Shown here piece after piece: positions 26,345-37,207 of a DNA stretch of 64,000 bases. The notes under the pieces were generated by a model. It ran no database searches, was not told the origin of the DNA, and saw only the letters and a program-made list of their open reading frames with translations. How positions within the stretch are numbered: position 1 is the stretch's first letter; the number at the start of each line of letters is the position of its first letter. Position numbers and translations under genes: made by a program. The DNA is from an uncultured bacterium (lineage in GTDB: Bacteria > Desulfobacterota_D > UBA1144 > Nemesobacterales > UBA2774): assembly GCA_963705505.1 (NCBI GenBank), contig CAVPJU010000010.1, positions 256,001 through 320,000 on the forward strand, written 5' to 3'.

Positions 26345-27085
26345 TTACTCAGCTTTTATCAGCTCATCGGAGCCGGATAATTTCATTTCGACATCGGTAA
26401 ACCAGACCCGGAAGTTATTATCAGCGCCTACGTGATTTAAAGACATTACTATCGGACCCATATGATGGTTATTTTCCCAGGTGGCGATCACAGTCGGTTT
26501 CTCGGCACCTCCGCGTCTGAATATCCACTCCGCAATCATATTGTTATCGTCTAAAAATAAATCATATCTGTCCCCGGGGGTGTACCCGCCCGTGGGGGGA
26601 TAAATAACACTGACCATCCTGCCCATGCCGCCGCCCATCGGAAACTTTACCTTTTCATCAGCAAGCTCGACCTTCATCCCGCTGTCCCAGACCAAATGAA
26701 ACGGGAAGAGGAGCCAGTACTGGTCGTTAATAAAATGGGCGTCTATTTCCTTGAGCGATTCAGAACCCTTGTCCGCAATGTCTTTCCTGTTATAAGTTAT
26801 CGCCTTATCCGTTTTCCCGTCTCCCAGATATGTGACACGATCCTCTTTTGGCTGCCATATCCAGGATCGGCTGGCTATCTTATCTCCTTTTTTAACGTTG
26901 AAAGTGAATTTGAGCTCTTCGATTTCTCCGAAGCCGCTGACCCCGTAAGCCTGCGCGATTTTCTCGCCGATCGCGGGCTCTTGTGAAAATAGATCTCTGG
27001 TTGAAACGACCAAACACAAGAGTAGTAGAGCGCCCGCAGATAACCACAATCTATGTTCAACGTTCAGCTTCTTCATGGTTCCCAT
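26345..27085 (-). CDS. Hypothetical exported protein
   Basis: Signal-peptide-like N-terminus; FINDQYWLLFPF and GGYTPGDRY motifs. Confidence 0.75.
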   Translation of the reverse strand: MGTMKKLNVEHRLWLSAGALLLLCLVVSTRDLFSQEPAIGEKIAQAYGVSGFGEIEELKFTFNVKKGDKIASRSWIWQPKEDRVTYLGDGKTDKAITYNRKDIADKGSESLKEIDAHFINDQYWLLFPFHLVWDSGMKVELADEKVKFPMGGGMGRMVSVIYPPTGGYTPGDRYDLFLDDNNMIAEWIFRRGGAEKPTVIATWENNHHMGPIVMSLNHVGADNNFRVWFTDVEMKLSGSDELIKAE

Positions 27086-27192
27086 ACCTCTTTAGTACAT
27101 AAATAATTGAAGGAGGATTCAGTCCGACTCGAAATAGTATACTCGCGATGGTTGAAGGGACAAATAATACATCTCGGCACGAAGCTGGCATA

Positions 27193-27220
27193 ATGTCCGA
27201 TAAGATATATTATGTTAACT
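27193..27220. other. dif: dif site (XerC/XerD chromosome dimer resolution)
   Basis: ATGTCCGATAA-GATATA-TTATGTTAACT in 11-6-11 layout. The right arm matches the E. coli XerD arm TTATGTTAAAT at 10/11. Intergenic. Confidence 0.85.
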
Positions 27221-27459
27221 GATAAAATATGACTATTAATCCCGCTTAGAGGCTCCTAACCCGCCGTAGCCCGTCCGGGTCCGGATGCCCATGATCGGCT
27301 CTGTCCCATAGGCAAGAGGGATATTCGTCAATACCGCCATTCTGCAAAAATTCAATTGATACGAATCGGATAAACCGAATTCCGAACTTGAAAATTTGGC
27401 GGGAACTATTATATTAAAAACTAACCTGAAAATCTCATAGAGCTCATGAGGTAACCGAA

Positions 27460-27825
27460 ATGCCGATTTATGAATACGAATGTAAAAAATGCGGAAGAAT
27501 AACGGAAGCTCTCCAGGGCTTTAACGACCCGCCGCTAAAAAAATGCAAGTACTGTAAAACCGGGAAGCTGGAAAAGCTCATTTCCCTTTCGTCCTTTCAG
27601 CTGACGGGAACGGGATGGTATTCGACCGACTACGCGAAGGGTCCGGGCATACCCCCACATTCAGAAGACCTGGGTAAGCCCGCAAAAGACGGCGCAGAGG
27701 GTAAGGACAAGAAAGTAACTCCGGGCCTCCCGTCCGAAGCAGCAGCCGTATCGGGCGCATCGACGTACGATTCGATAAAAAAAGACACGGCAAAAGCCGC
27801 AAAATCAAAGTCTAAAGGCGAGTAA
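27460..27825 (+). CDS. FmdB-family zinc ribbon protein
   Basis: MPIYEYECKKCG...CKYC...FQLTGTGWYSTDY. Confidence 0.9.
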   Translation: MPIYEYECKKCGRITEALQGFNDPPLKKCKYCKTGKLEKLISLSSFQLTGTGWYSTDYAKGPGIPPHSEDLGKPAKDGAEGKDKKVTPGLPSEAAAVSGASTYDSIKKDTAKAAKSKSKGE

Positions 27826-27925
27826 ACGGGAGAAGAGTTAGTTTTACCGCCCTGCCCTATTGCATTCGGCTTAAAAATAGATAACTGCGATTTTTAGTTG
27901 CTAATAAATATAAGGTAGTCATATC

Positions 27926-28717
27926 ATGGACTTAGGAATCAAAGATAAAGTGGCCATAGTGGCCGCTTCAAGTAAAGGCCTCGGCAAAGCCGTAGCCTTC
28001 GGGCTCGCCCGGGAAGGCGTGAAGCTCACCCTGTGCGCAAGGGGCAAAGACGAGCTCGATAGAACGGCAAAAGAGATCGCCTCCGAGACCTCTTCCGAAG
28101 TGCTCGCCCTCGATTGCGACGTATCGAAGACCGCCGATATAAAGAAAGTCGTCGGCGAGACGATAAAAAAATATTCGAGAATCGATATCATGGTCAATAA
28201 CGCCGGGGGCCCTCCCACGGGAGCGTTCCTCGATTTTTCTCTCGAGGACTGGCAGAGGGCGATAGAGCTCAACCTCTTCAGCACGATCACGTTCTCAAGA
28301 GAAGTCCTCCCCCGCATGGTCGAGCAAGGTTGGGGGCGTATAGTCAACATCACGTCGGTCGCCGTAAAGCAGCCTATAGACGGGCTCATTCTCTCCAACA
28401 CCGCGAGAGCGGGCGTGATCGGGCTCGCGAAGACACTCTCGAACGAATTCGGCCAATACAACATAACCGTGAATAACGTCTGTCCCGGGAGGATACTCAC
28501 GGACAGGATAATCCACCTTGCCAACGAAAAGGCCAAGAGAGAAGGCAGGAGTTTGGATGAGGCGCTCAAGATCATGGAGCTGGATGTCCCTATGAGACGC
28601 ATAGGGAAACCGGAAGAGCTTGCGAACCTCGTCGTGTTTTTATCCTCGGAAAGAGCGAGCTACATTACGGGAACGACCATACAGGTGGACGGAGGGGTTA
28701 CGAGGGGGATATTCTAA
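27926..28717 (+). CDS. Short-chain dehydrogenase/reductase (3-oxoacyl-ACP reductase-like)
   Basis: AASSKGLG, NNAGGPP, LSNTAR, VDGG. Confidence 0.9.
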   Translation: MDLGIKDKVAIVAASSKGLGKAVAFGLAREGVKLTLCARGKDELDRTAKEIASETSSEVLALDCDVSKTADIKKVVGETIKKYSRIDIMVNNAGGPPTGAFLDFSLEDWQRAIELNLFSTITFSREVLPRMVEQGWGRIVNITSVAVKQPIDGLILSNTARAGVIGLAKTLSNEFGQYNITVNNVCPGRILTDRIIHLANEKAKREGRSLDEALKIMELDVPMRRIGKPEELANLVVFLSSERASYITGTTIQVDGGVTRGIF

Positions 28718-28749
28718 CCCCGGTAACCGGCGGCCCGAGGGAATTCCGC

Positions 28750-29274
28750 ATGACAGCCAGAGACGCGCAAAGAGACAGGAGCATTTCGATCCTTTATCTG
28801 GCCCTCCTGTGCCTCACATATTTCCTCATCGTTTCCGGAAACCAATATTTATCCCTCAGCCGTGAAGCCCCTGCAGACACACGCGGCAAAATCTATGTCG
28901 AGATCGACGACGGATACTCATCCGTGGTAAAGGCTCTCGATAATCATCATGATCTGATAGAACTCGCAAATATATACAATATAGACAGGGCATTAAAGAG
29001 CGGAGATAAAGTCGTGCTCGAGGACGGGGAAAAGCTTGAGTTAGGCAGGATAAGCGGATTGAAGAGCCTGTCGCTGGGCATCCCGATAGGAATCAACTCC
29101 GCGGGCTCAGAAGACCTCGAGGCGCTCCCGGGCATAGGCCCCAAGCTTGCCGAAAGGATAGTGTCTTACAGGAACGAAATCGGCCGCTTTACAGACGTAG
29201 GAGAGCTTCTTGAGGTCAGGGGCATGGGTGAGAAGAAACTATCCCAGGTGAGGGCTTTTATAAACCTGGACTAA
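28750..29274 (+). CDS. ComEA-family helix-hairpin-helix DNA-binding protein
   Basis: TM anchor; INSAGSEDLEALPGIGPKLAERIV...VRGMGEK. Confidence 0.85.
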   Translation: MTARDAQRDRSISILYLALLCLTYFLIVSGNQYLSLSREAPADTRGKIYVEIDDGYSSVVKALDNHHDLIELANIYNIDRALKSGDKVVLEDGEKLELGRISGLKSLSLGIPIGINSAGSEDLEALPGIGPKLAERIVSYRNEIGRFTDVGELLEVRGMGEKKLSQVRAFINLD

Positions 29275-31961
29275 TGTTTAAGCAGGTAATCTATTTCGGT
29301 TTCCGTCTCGTTCTTGGGCGTGCCGTATTCTTTGGGATAGTACATTCCCGAATTTTGTATTTCCTGTCCGTTTATCGTGACATTGTCGCGTATGGAATCG
29401 ATCACGCTGTCCCTGAGGGAATCGAGGCTGTACGGGATATACCCGTAAGGAGTCGAGACCATTTTGATGCCCGCGGGCTGATTGAAAACGCCTCCCGGAT
29501 ACTTGGCGAGGGCGTCCTCCATATAATCCATCCATATCGGGAGCGCGGCCGTAGAGCCCGCCTCTTTTCTTCCGAGCGGCTTGTGGTCGTCCCTGCCGAC
29601 CCATACTGCGGTCGTTACTTTCGGGCTGAACCCGACGAACCAGGCGTCGGTGAAGTCGTTCGATGTCCCCGTCTTCCCCGCTATCGGGGCAAGAGGCGTG
29701 AGCTTGAGCGCCTTCATTCCGGTCCCTTCTTTTACGACTGCCTGAAGCAGGTCCGTCATTATGAACGCAGTCTCGGGCTCAAGTGTCTGCTTTGAATTTC
29801 CGGCCGAAACGAAGTCGACCGACTGCTCCCTGATGAGCTCCAGGAATTCCGCGGGCGTAAGGAACGCATACTTGTCGGCGTTGGAAGATAGATCAGTTTT
29901 ATCCGTAAGCGCCTCTTCCTTTATGGATTCGGGCGCGGTTACGGGGTCCATGCCCTTCTTTTCGGCAAGCTCTTTTAGTATCCTGTTGCGGGCGTCCTCC
30001 CTCTCGGCCTTGAGGGACTCCTCCTTCGACATGAATTTCCCGCCTGTGTTGTCCTCTATTATTTTTCCGTTGCGGTCATAGATGCGCATTATGAACTGGG
30101 GTTCGACGAGCTTGCCCCCCGTTGCGAAAACATTGAACGCCCTGGCCATCTCGAGCACCGTCACATCCGAGCCGCCCAGGGCCAGGGACGGGTACGGCTG
30201 GAGCTTGGAGGTGAAACCGAAATTATTTGTTGCATACTTCTCGGCGTACCCGGGATCGATGTCCATTATAAGCCTTACGCTCGCAAGGTTTCTCGACCTC
30301 GCAAGCGCCCTCCTCAGAACCATCGGTCCCTCATAGTTTGCGTCATAGTTCTGAGGCGCCCAGTCCTTAACCACTACGGGCATGTCGTAGAGTATCGACG
30401 TCTCGGTATATCCTTTATCGATCGCGGCGGAATAGATGATCGGCTTGAAAGAAGAGCCCGGCTGCCTCAAAGCCTGCGTGGTCCTGTTGAACTGCGAAAG
30501 ACCGAAATCGTATCCTCCAACGAGCGCCCTGATCCTGCCGTTAGACTCCATCGATATGAGGGCCGCCTGCGACACCGGTATATAGACCAGCGAGAAAAAG
30601 TATTCGCCGTCCATGCTTTTATCCGCTTCGACTTTTACGACATCGCCGACCTTGAGCTCGTCCGGAGACAGACTCGTGCCTTCATAGCCGTCGGCGGGCG
30701 CGAGCTTTTTCGAATAGGGAGAGCTGAGACCCGGAACCGCCGTACCGTAAGGCGAGCTCACGGCGAACTTCAATATCCCCTCCACGCTGCCGACGCCTAT
30801 CTTGGCGGTGTACAGGGGTTTATTCGAATCTTTAGACTTATCGTCCTTCGAGACGCTCGTTATTACCGCGTCGTAGGTATCGCCGATCTCCACACTCTTT
30901 ATCCCCTGCTCCTGCCTGAACTTCTTTATCTCCTTATCGCCTGTCAGATGCCCGGAGACGAAATTATGACCGTGCCTTGAATCGAGGTTTATTATGCCCC
31001 TCTTGACCGCCCACTGCGCCTCCAGGTTCAGATCGAGGTCGAGTGTCGTAAAGACCGTGTAGCCGCCGTTCAGAAAATCCTTCAAACCGACTTTGTCCTG
31101 GAGGTACCTTCTCACGTGCTCGACGAAATAAGGCGCGAGGTCGCTATTGACCCTCCGCCTGGGGGCTATCTCTATTTTCCGGTCTATGGCGTCGAACCTC
31201 TGGTCTCTAGTTATGAATCCCGCCTCTTCCATCTTCTCGAGTACAAGCTTCTGTCTTTCGAGCGCCCTTTCGAGGTGCTTCCGGGGAGAATAGTACTCGG
31301 GCTTCTTCGGCAGCCCTGCTAAAAGCGCCGCTTCCGCCAGGTCGAGATCCCTTGCGGATTTGCCGAAATAGTCCTGGCTCGCGGCCTCGATCCCGTACGT
31401 GCCGTCCGCAAGATAGATATGGTTAAGGTAAAGATAGAGTATTTCTTCCTTGGAGAGGTTGTTCTCGATCCTGTGTGCGAGGATTGCTTCCTTTATCTTC
31501 CTCGATAACGTTCTTTCCGGCGTCAGGATTATATTCTTGATCACCTGCTGCGTGATGGTGCTCGCCCCCCTCACCCAGTCGCCCTCCTGTAAGTTTTCGA
31601 ACATCGCGCCGATTATGCTCTTTATGTCCACCCCCTCGTGCTCGAAAAACCGCTTGTCCTCGATGGCGATGAATGCGTTCCTCACGCGGGGAGGGATTTC
31701 ATCGTAAGGTATGAGCTTCCGCCTCTCGGCCGCGAACTCGGCTATGAGCGTCCCGTCCGAGGAATACACCTCGGTAATGAGCTTGGGCTTATATCCGGTG
31801 ATCGCCCTGAAATTAGGGAGGTCGCGCGAGTAATAGAGGTATGCGCCGTATAGAGCGATTGCCCCCGACGCGGTCAGGAGTAAAAAGGTTACCAGGAGGA
31901 AGGCCAGGAGTTTGCTTTTTTTAGGTTTTGATTTAAATTTAACCTTCTTTTTTTTGGTCAT
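29271..31961 (-). CDS. mrcA: Penicillin-binding protein 1A
   Basis: EDKRFFEH and GASTITQQ transglycosylase motifs; SSFK, SRN and KTG transpeptidase motifs. Confidence 0.95.
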   Translation of the reverse strand: MTKKKKVKFKSKPKKSKLLAFLLVTFLLLTASGAIALYGAYLYYSRDLPNFRAITGYKPKLITEVYSSDGTLIAEFAAERRKLIPYDEIPPRVRNAFIAIEDKRFFEHEGVDIKSIIGAMFENLQEGDWVRGASTITQQVIKNIILTPERTLSRKIKEAILAHRIENNLSKEEILYLYLNHIYLADGTYGIEAASQDYFGKSARDLDLAEAALLAGLPKKPEYYSPRKHLERALERQKLVLEKMEEAGFITRDQRFDAIDRKIEIAPRRRVNSDLAPYFVEHVRRYLQDKVGLKDFLNGGYTVFTTLDLDLNLEAQWAVKRGIINLDSRHGHNFVSGHLTGDKEIKKFRQEQGIKSVEIGDTYDAVITSVSKDDKSKDSNKPLYTAKIGVGSVEGILKFAVSSPYGTAVPGLSSPYSKKLAPADGYEGTSLSPDELKVGDVVKVEADKSMDGEYFFSLVYIPVSQAALISMESNGRIRALVGGYDFGLSQFNRTTQALRQPGSSFKPIIYSAAIDKGYTETSILYDMPVVVKDWAPQNYDANYEGPMVLRRALARSRNLASVRLIMDIDPGYAEKYATNNFGFTSKLQPYPSLALGGSDVTVLEMARAFNVFATGGKLVEPQFIMRIYDRNGKIIEDNTGGKFMSKEESLKAEREDARNRILKELAEKKGMDPVTAPESIKEEALTDKTDLSSNADKYAFLTPAEFLELIREQSVDFVSAGNSKQTLEPETAFIMTDLLQAVVKEGTGMKALKLTPLAPIAGKTGTSNDFTDAWFVGFSPKVTTAVWVGRDDHKPLGRKEAGSTAALPIWMDYMEDALAKYPGGVFNQPAGIKMVSTPYGYIPYSLDSLRDSVIDSIRDNVTINGQEIQNSGMYYPKEYGTPKNETETEIDYLLKH

Positions 31962-32075
31962 TAAGCTGTTCAGGGTCCTTTGAGCGCGTATTAATGATTG
32001 ACTTTTGAGGAATCAAAGTTAATTATACCTGAGTTAGAATTATTAAATAAATCAATTTCGAGTCATGGTAATTCA

Positions 32076-32273
32076 ATGGAAGAAAGCAGTGAAACACTCG
32101 ATTCCTACATCAGAAAAGTCGAAGACCAGGAGCTCAAGGGACTGCTCCTCAAACTCAAAAACGAGCTGAGAAAACCCGACGCAGCCTGGGACGCGGTCAA
32201 GTCCGTCCTGGAGTCTCTTTATAGGAAAAACAGCAAGGTATTCGGCGAGGTCGCACCGCTGATTATAAAGTAA
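32076..32273 (+). CDS. Small hypothetical protein
   Basis: Host-like codons from ATG 32076 (MEESSETL...); helical. Confidence 0.55.
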   Translation: MEESSETLDSYIRKVEDQELKGLLLKLKNELRKPDAAWDAVKSVLESLYRKNSKVFGEVAPLIIK

Positions 32274-32324
32274 TCGAATAGAAAGGCGCGTCAGCCGAAT
32301 CCGCAGAGCCGCAACCCCGATAAA

Positions 32325-33257
32325 ATGAGCGAGAGAGTAGTCGACAACATACTGGACCTTATAGGCGGGACGCCCGTTATAAGACTGAATAAAGTCGTTC
32401 CGGAAGGCTCGGCCGCGGTCTGGGCAAAGCTCGAGAACCTGAACCCGGCGGGAAGCGTAAAGGAAAGGATCTGCCTCAGGATGATAGAGGCCGCGGAGGA
32501 GAATGGGATTATAAAGCCCGGCAGCAGTGTGATCGTAGAGCCCACGAGCGGGAATACGGGTATAGGGCTCGCCCTCGTCTGTGCCGTCAAAGGGTACAGG
32601 CTGATACTGACCATGCCCGACGATATGAGTCTCGAACGGAGGCAGCTGCTTACGGCATACGGGGCCGAGCTTATACTCACACCCGCCTCAGAGCAGATGA
32701 ACGGAGCGTTAAGACGGGCCGAAGAGATACTGAGGGAGCACCCGGACTCGTTCATGCCGCAGCAGTTCAAAAACCGGGAGAACCCGGGCACGCACAGGGA
32801 AGGCACGGGACCCGAGATTCTGGAGCAGATCGAAGGGGAGATAGACGCTTTCGTCGCAGGGGTCGGAACGGGAGGGACGATAACGGGGGTCGGCGAGACG
32901 CTGAGGAAGAGCTACCCGGATATTTACATTGCCGCCGTTGAGCCCGAGGAGTCCCCAGTCCTTTCGGGGGGCAGGCCCCATGTTCACGACATACAGGGGA
33001 TCGGCGCCGGTTTTATTCCGGAAATACTCAACAGGGAGATATACGACGAGGTCATAAAAGTAGCCGGCGAAGAGGCAAAAAGCTTTACACGGGAGCTTGC
33101 GGTCAAAGAGGGACTCCTGGTCGGAATATCGGCCGGAGCAGCCGGAGTCGCTGCATTAAGAGTCGCAAAAAAGCTCGGAAAAGGTAAAAACGTGGTAACG
33201 ATATTTTGCGACACGGGGGAGAGATATCTGAGCACGGGACTTTTCGACAACGGTTAA
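32325..33257 (+). CDS. cysK: Cysteine synthase A
   Basis: [32 protein letters not shown]. Confidence 0.95.
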   Translation: MSERVVDNILDLIGGTPVIRLNKVVPEGSAAVWAKLENLNPAGSVKERICLRMIEAAEENGIIKPGSSVIVEPTSGNTGIGLALVCAVKGYRLILTMPDDMSLERRQLLTAYGAELILTPASEQMNGALRRAEEILREHPDSFMPQQFKNRENPGTHREGTGPEILEQIEGEIDAFVAGVGTGGTITGVGETLRKSYPDIYIAAVEPEESPVLSGGRPHVHDIQGIGAGFIPEILNREIYDEVIKVAGEEAKSFTRELAVKEGLLVGISAGAAGVAALRVAKKLGKGKNVVTIFCDTGERYLSTGLFDNG

Positions 33258-33305
33258 AACTCGTGGCAAACTATGTAATTATCCTTCATAATTGGGGAAT
33301 CTAAG

Positions 33306-33334
33306 TTGAAAAGCTTACGTTGGTGTGCTATCCT
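33306..33334 (+). promoter_or_regulatory. Sigma-70-type promoter upstream of ftsH
   Basis: TTGAAA-17 nt-TATCCT with an extended TG. Confidence 0.5.
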
Positions 33335-33379
33335 TTTCAAGGATTGTCTTTTATTAATTTCTAACAAAATGAGGTAAAA

Positions 33380-35278
33380 GTGAATAGCCAGCTATTTAAG
33401 AACTTGGTGTTGTGGTTAGTCATATTCGTGGCCATTATCGCCCTGTACCAGCTAGTACACACTCCCAGAAGCAACATCCAGGAAATAGCGTACAGCGACT
33501 TCCTGTCCAACGTCGATAAAGCGGAAGTCAAGGACCTGGAGTTCAAGGGCGAGGAGATCAAGGGTCAATACACTAAGCCCACAGGTGACCAGACCGTCGA
33601 GGGTTTCAAGACCGTGGGTCCGGCAAGCGACGATCTTATAAAAAAGCTCGAATCCAAAGGCATCTCGTTTAAGTTCGACTCCGATAAGGAAGGCTCGATC
33701 ACACACATGCTCCTTAACTGGGCGCCCCTAGTGCTGCTCATCGTAATTATGGTCATTTTCATGAGGCAGCTTCAGGCGGGCGGCACGAAAGCGATGTCGT
33801 TCGGAAAAAACAGGGCAAGGATGCTCACAGAGAACCAGAACAAGATAACGTTTAAGGACGTGGCCGGGATAGACGAAGCGAAAGAAGAGGTACAGGAGAT
33901 AGTCGAGTTCTTAAAGAGCCCCAAGAAGTTCACGAAGCTGGGGGGAAGGATCCCGAAAGGCATCCTGCTCGTCGGCCCTCCCGGAACGGGAAAGACCCTC
34001 CTTGCGAAAGCCATAGCCGGCGAGGCCGGAGTTCCGTTTTTTATTATCAGCGGCAGCGACTTCGTCGAAATGTTCGTCGGAGTCGGAGCTTCCAGGGTAA
34101 GGGACCTGTTCGTTCAGTCGAAGCGTCATGCCCCCTGTATCATTTTCGTTGACGAGCTCGATGCCGTCGGAAGGCACCGCGGCGCGGGACTCGGCGGAGG
34201 TCATGACGAAAGGGAGCAGACACTCAACCAGCTGCTCGTAGAGATGGACGGCTTCGAATCGAACGAAGGGATCATAGTTATGGCCGCGACCAACCGTCCC
34301 GACGTGCTCGACCCTGCTCTCCTGAGACCGGGAAGGTTCGACAGACAGGTCGTGGTGCCAAGGCCCGACGTTAGAGGTAGAGAGGAAATATTGAAGGTTC
34401 ACTCCAAGAACACACCGCTAGATGAAGACGTCGCGCTCTCCGTCATCGCCCGCTCTACTCCGGGCTTTTCGGGTGCGGACCTCGAAAACCTGGTGAATGA
34501 AGCGGCTCTCCACGCAGCCAGGTTCGGCAGGGCAAAAATCACCATGGACGACTTCGAGTACGCAAAAGACAAGGTGATTATGGGAGTCGAGAGGAAAAGC
34601 CTTATCATCAGCGACGCCGAGAAGAAAATCACGGCGTATCACGAGGCGGGACACGCGCTCGTTGCCAAGCTCACCCCGAGCACGGACCCCATACACAAAG
34701 TTACGATCATTCCGAGGGGGATGGCTCTAGGCGTCACTCAGCAGCTTCCGATCGAGGACAAGTACACGCTCTCGAGGACCAGCCTAAACGCCACGATCAT
34801 GGTGCTCCTCGGAGGCAGGGCGGCTGAGGAAATCGTATTCGGGGAAAGGACGAGCGGCGCCGGCAACGACCTCGAAAGGGTCACCGAGATCGCCCGCAAG
34901 ATGGTATGCGAGTGGGGGATGAGCGAGAAGGTCGGACCGATTACTTTCGGGAAAGGCGAAGAGCAGATATTTCTCGGCAAGGAGCTCTCGAGACCGAAGG
35001 ACTACAGCGAAGAGACCGCCGTCGAGATCGATAACGAGATCAGAAACATAGTCAACCATAATTATACGAAAGCAAAAGCGGCCCTGGAGGAGAATATCGA
35101 CCTGCTCCACAAACTCGCCGAAGTTCTTCTGGATAAAGAGGTAATAGACGGCAAGGAGCTGGACGAGCTTGTAAAAGGTTTTAAATCGAAAGATTTTCCG
35201 TCCCCGTGGGAAAGACCTATCGGATCCGAAGGTTCAGGCTCAGTAGCACTCAGAAACAGCAGCACTAAAGACGCTTGA
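33380..35278 (+). CDS. ftsH: ATP-dependent zinc metalloprotease FtsH
   Basis: Two TM segments, [11 protein letters not shown] motif, HEAGH. Confidence 0.98.
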   Translation: MNSQLFKNLVLWLVIFVAIIALYQLVHTPRSNIQEIAYSDFLSNVDKAEVKDLEFKGEEIKGQYTKPTGDQTVEGFKTVGPASDDLIKKLESKGISFKFDSDKEGSITHMLLNWAPLVLLIVIMVIFMRQLQAGGTKAMSFGKNRARMLTENQNKITFKDVAGIDEAKEEVQEIVEFLKSPKKFTKLGGRIPKGILLVGPPGTGKTLLAKAIAGEAGVPFFIISGSDFVEMFVGVGASRVRDLFVQSKRHAPCIIFVDELDAVGRHRGAGLGGGHDEREQTLNQLLVEMDGFESNEGIIVMAATNRPDVLDPALLRPGRFDRQVVVPRPDVRGREEILKVHSKNTPLDEDVALSVIARSTPGFSGADLENLVNEAALHAARFGRAKITMDDFEYAKDKVIMGVERKSLIISDAEKKITAYHEAGHALVAKLTPSTDPIHKVTIIPRGMALGVTQQLPIEDKYTLSRTSLNATIMVLLGGRAAEEIVFGERTSGAGNDLERVTEIARKMVCEWGMSEKVGPITFGKGEEQIFLGKELSRPKDYSEETAVEIDNEIRNIVNHNYTKAKAALEENIDLLHKLAEVLLDKEVIDGKELDELVKGFKSKDFPSPWERPIGSEGSGSVALRNSSTKDA

Positions 35279-35407
35279 TTTTACAAAGCCGGCTTCCGTC
35301 TGTTTTTGCAATTGATAAAGTATAATTAGAAAAAAACCTTTCCGCGTCAAGAGCTTTTAAAAGAAGGCCTCTTGCTATGATGAATAGAAACCGGAAAAAG
35401 GATTTCT

Positions 35408-36325
35408 ATGCGGCAGAAAGAAATGGACACTCGCACCGGCTCTATCGAAATCCCCCACGGGAACGGACAGTTACCGAAACACCCCGTCATATTATTTAAA
35501 TGCAGAGATAAAACGCTCAGCCTCCACGAGAGGACCCACATCATGGGCATCCTGAACGTCACCCCCGACTCCTTCTACGACGGAGGAAGGTACGGCGATA
35601 CGGACTCCGCCCTGAGGCGCGCAGGCGAAATGATAGAGGAAGGCGCCGACATCATAGACGTCGGCGGGGAATCGACAAGGCCGGGCGCGTCGGGTGTTTC
35701 CGAGGAAGAGGAATTAAGGAGAGTTATACCGGTCATAAGGGAGATTCAAAAGAGGTTCGATACGGTCATCTCGATAGACACGACGAAGGAGAAAGTCGCA
35801 CGCGAGGCTCTCCTCGAAGGCGCGTCCATCGTTAACGACATAAGCGGGCTCACGTACTCCCGCGGAATCGCGGAGGCGGCTTCGGAGCACGGAGCGGGAC
35901 TCGTCCTGATGCACACCCCGTCCCGCCCTGTCGACATGCAGGATAAAACAGAATACGTGTCGCTAATCGACGACATATTGAGCTCCCTGAGAATGTCTGT
36001 CAAGAAAGCTGAAAAAGCCCTGGTGAATGAACGGAGCATAATCGTCGACCCGGGATTCGGGTTCGGCAAGACGGCGGAGCAGAACCTCATCATTCTAAAA
36101 AACCTCAGGATGTTCCGGGAGCTCGGAAAGCCGGTGATGATCGGCACGTCCAATAAATCGTTTATAGGAAAGATAACCGGCGCTGATCCCGCCGGTAGAA
36201 ACGAAGGCACGGCCGCGACCGTCGCTATAGGAATCATGAACGGGGCGTCCATAGTGAGGGTGCACGACGTCGCATCCATGAAGCGCGCAGTCAGGATTGC
36301 GGACGCCGTCGCGGGTATAAATTAG
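35408..36325 (+). CDS. folP: Dihydropteroate synthase
   Basis: MGILNVTPDSFYDGG, GGESTRPG, DPGFGFGK, RVHDV. Confidence 0.95.
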   Translation: MRQKEMDTRTGSIEIPHGNGQLPKHPVILFKCRDKTLSLHERTHIMGILNVTPDSFYDGGRYGDTDSALRRAGEMIEEGADIIDVGGESTRPGASGVSEEEELRRVIPVIREIQKRFDTVISIDTTKEKVAREALLEGASIVNDISGLTYSRGIAEAASEHGAGLVLMHTPSRPVDMQDKTEYVSLIDDILSSLRMSVKKAEKALVNERSIIVDPGFGFGKTAEQNLIILKNLRMFRELGKPVMIGTSNKSFIGKITGADPAGRNEGTAATVAIGIMNGASIVRVHDVASMKRAVRIADAVAGIN

Positions 36326-36367
36326 AGCCGGACCCCGATCTTAGAGGACCCGGCAGGAAAATCTGGT

Positions 36368-37198
36368 ATGTTCGACGCGATACTTAACTACAGATACATA
36401 TGGGACACGGTAGACATAGTGCTCGTCGCCTTCATCATCTACTACGTCCTCAGGCTGCTCGAAGGGACGCGGGCGCTGCAAGTGCTATTGGGATTCGTAC
36501 TGCTGATCGTGCTCTATTACGTCTCGCAGAGGGGTTTATTCACGCTCAACTGGATCCTGGGGCAGTTCCTCGGCTCTATAATCATCATTGTCGTCATTCT
36601 TTTCCAGAACGATATCAGGAGGGGACTCGCGGCCATAGGCAGAAGACCGTTCCTCCTCAAAATGTCCCCCGGAAAATCGAGAGAGATCTTTTCAGAAGAG
36701 ATAGTAAAGGCAGCGAGCTATATGGCGAACCGTCATATAGGGGCGCTCATCGCGATAGAAAGGAACAACAGCCTCTCCGACTTTATCGAGATAGGGATGA
36801 GGATCGACGCCCTGGTATCGAGGGAGCTTATAATAAGCATATTCAACCCCACCTCCCCTCTCCACGACGGGGGGATAATCATTGTCGGGAACAGGATATT
36901 ATCGGCGGGGTCGTTTTTCCCGCTCGCAACCGACCCTGACCTCGAGCGCGAGCTCGGAACGAGGCACAGAGCGGCAATAGGGCTGTCACTCGAGACGGAC
37001 GCCGTGGTCATAGTGGTTTCGGAGGAGACGGGAAATATCTCGCTTGCGGTCGGGGGGGAAATAAAAAGGGGGCTCGACGCCACGTCGCTCCACAACCAGC
37101 TTCTCGATTCGCTCGGGATAAAAAGACCGAAGAAGACGAAAACCGAACCCATGGGCGGCATGATGGAAAAGGAGGAAGGTGAAAAAGCGAACACCTGA
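36368..37198 (+). CDS. cdaA: Diadenylate cyclase
   Basis: Three TM segments; LHDGG and GTRHRAA DAC motifs. Confidence 0.93.
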   Translation: MFDAILNYRYIWDTVDIVLVAFIIYYVLRLLEGTRALQVLLGFVLLIVLYYVSQRGLFTLNWILGQFLGSIIIIVVILFQNDIRRGLAAIGRRPFLLKMSPGKSREIFSEEIVKAASYMANRHIGALIAIERNNSLSDFIEIGMRIDALVSRELIISIFNPTSPLHDGGIIIVGNRILSAGSFFPLATDPDLERELGTRHRAAIGLSLETDAVVIVVSEETGNISLAVGGEIKRGLDATSLHNQLLDSLGIKRPKKTKTEPMGGMMEKEEGEKANT

Positions 37199-37207
37199 TA
37201 CGGCTCT

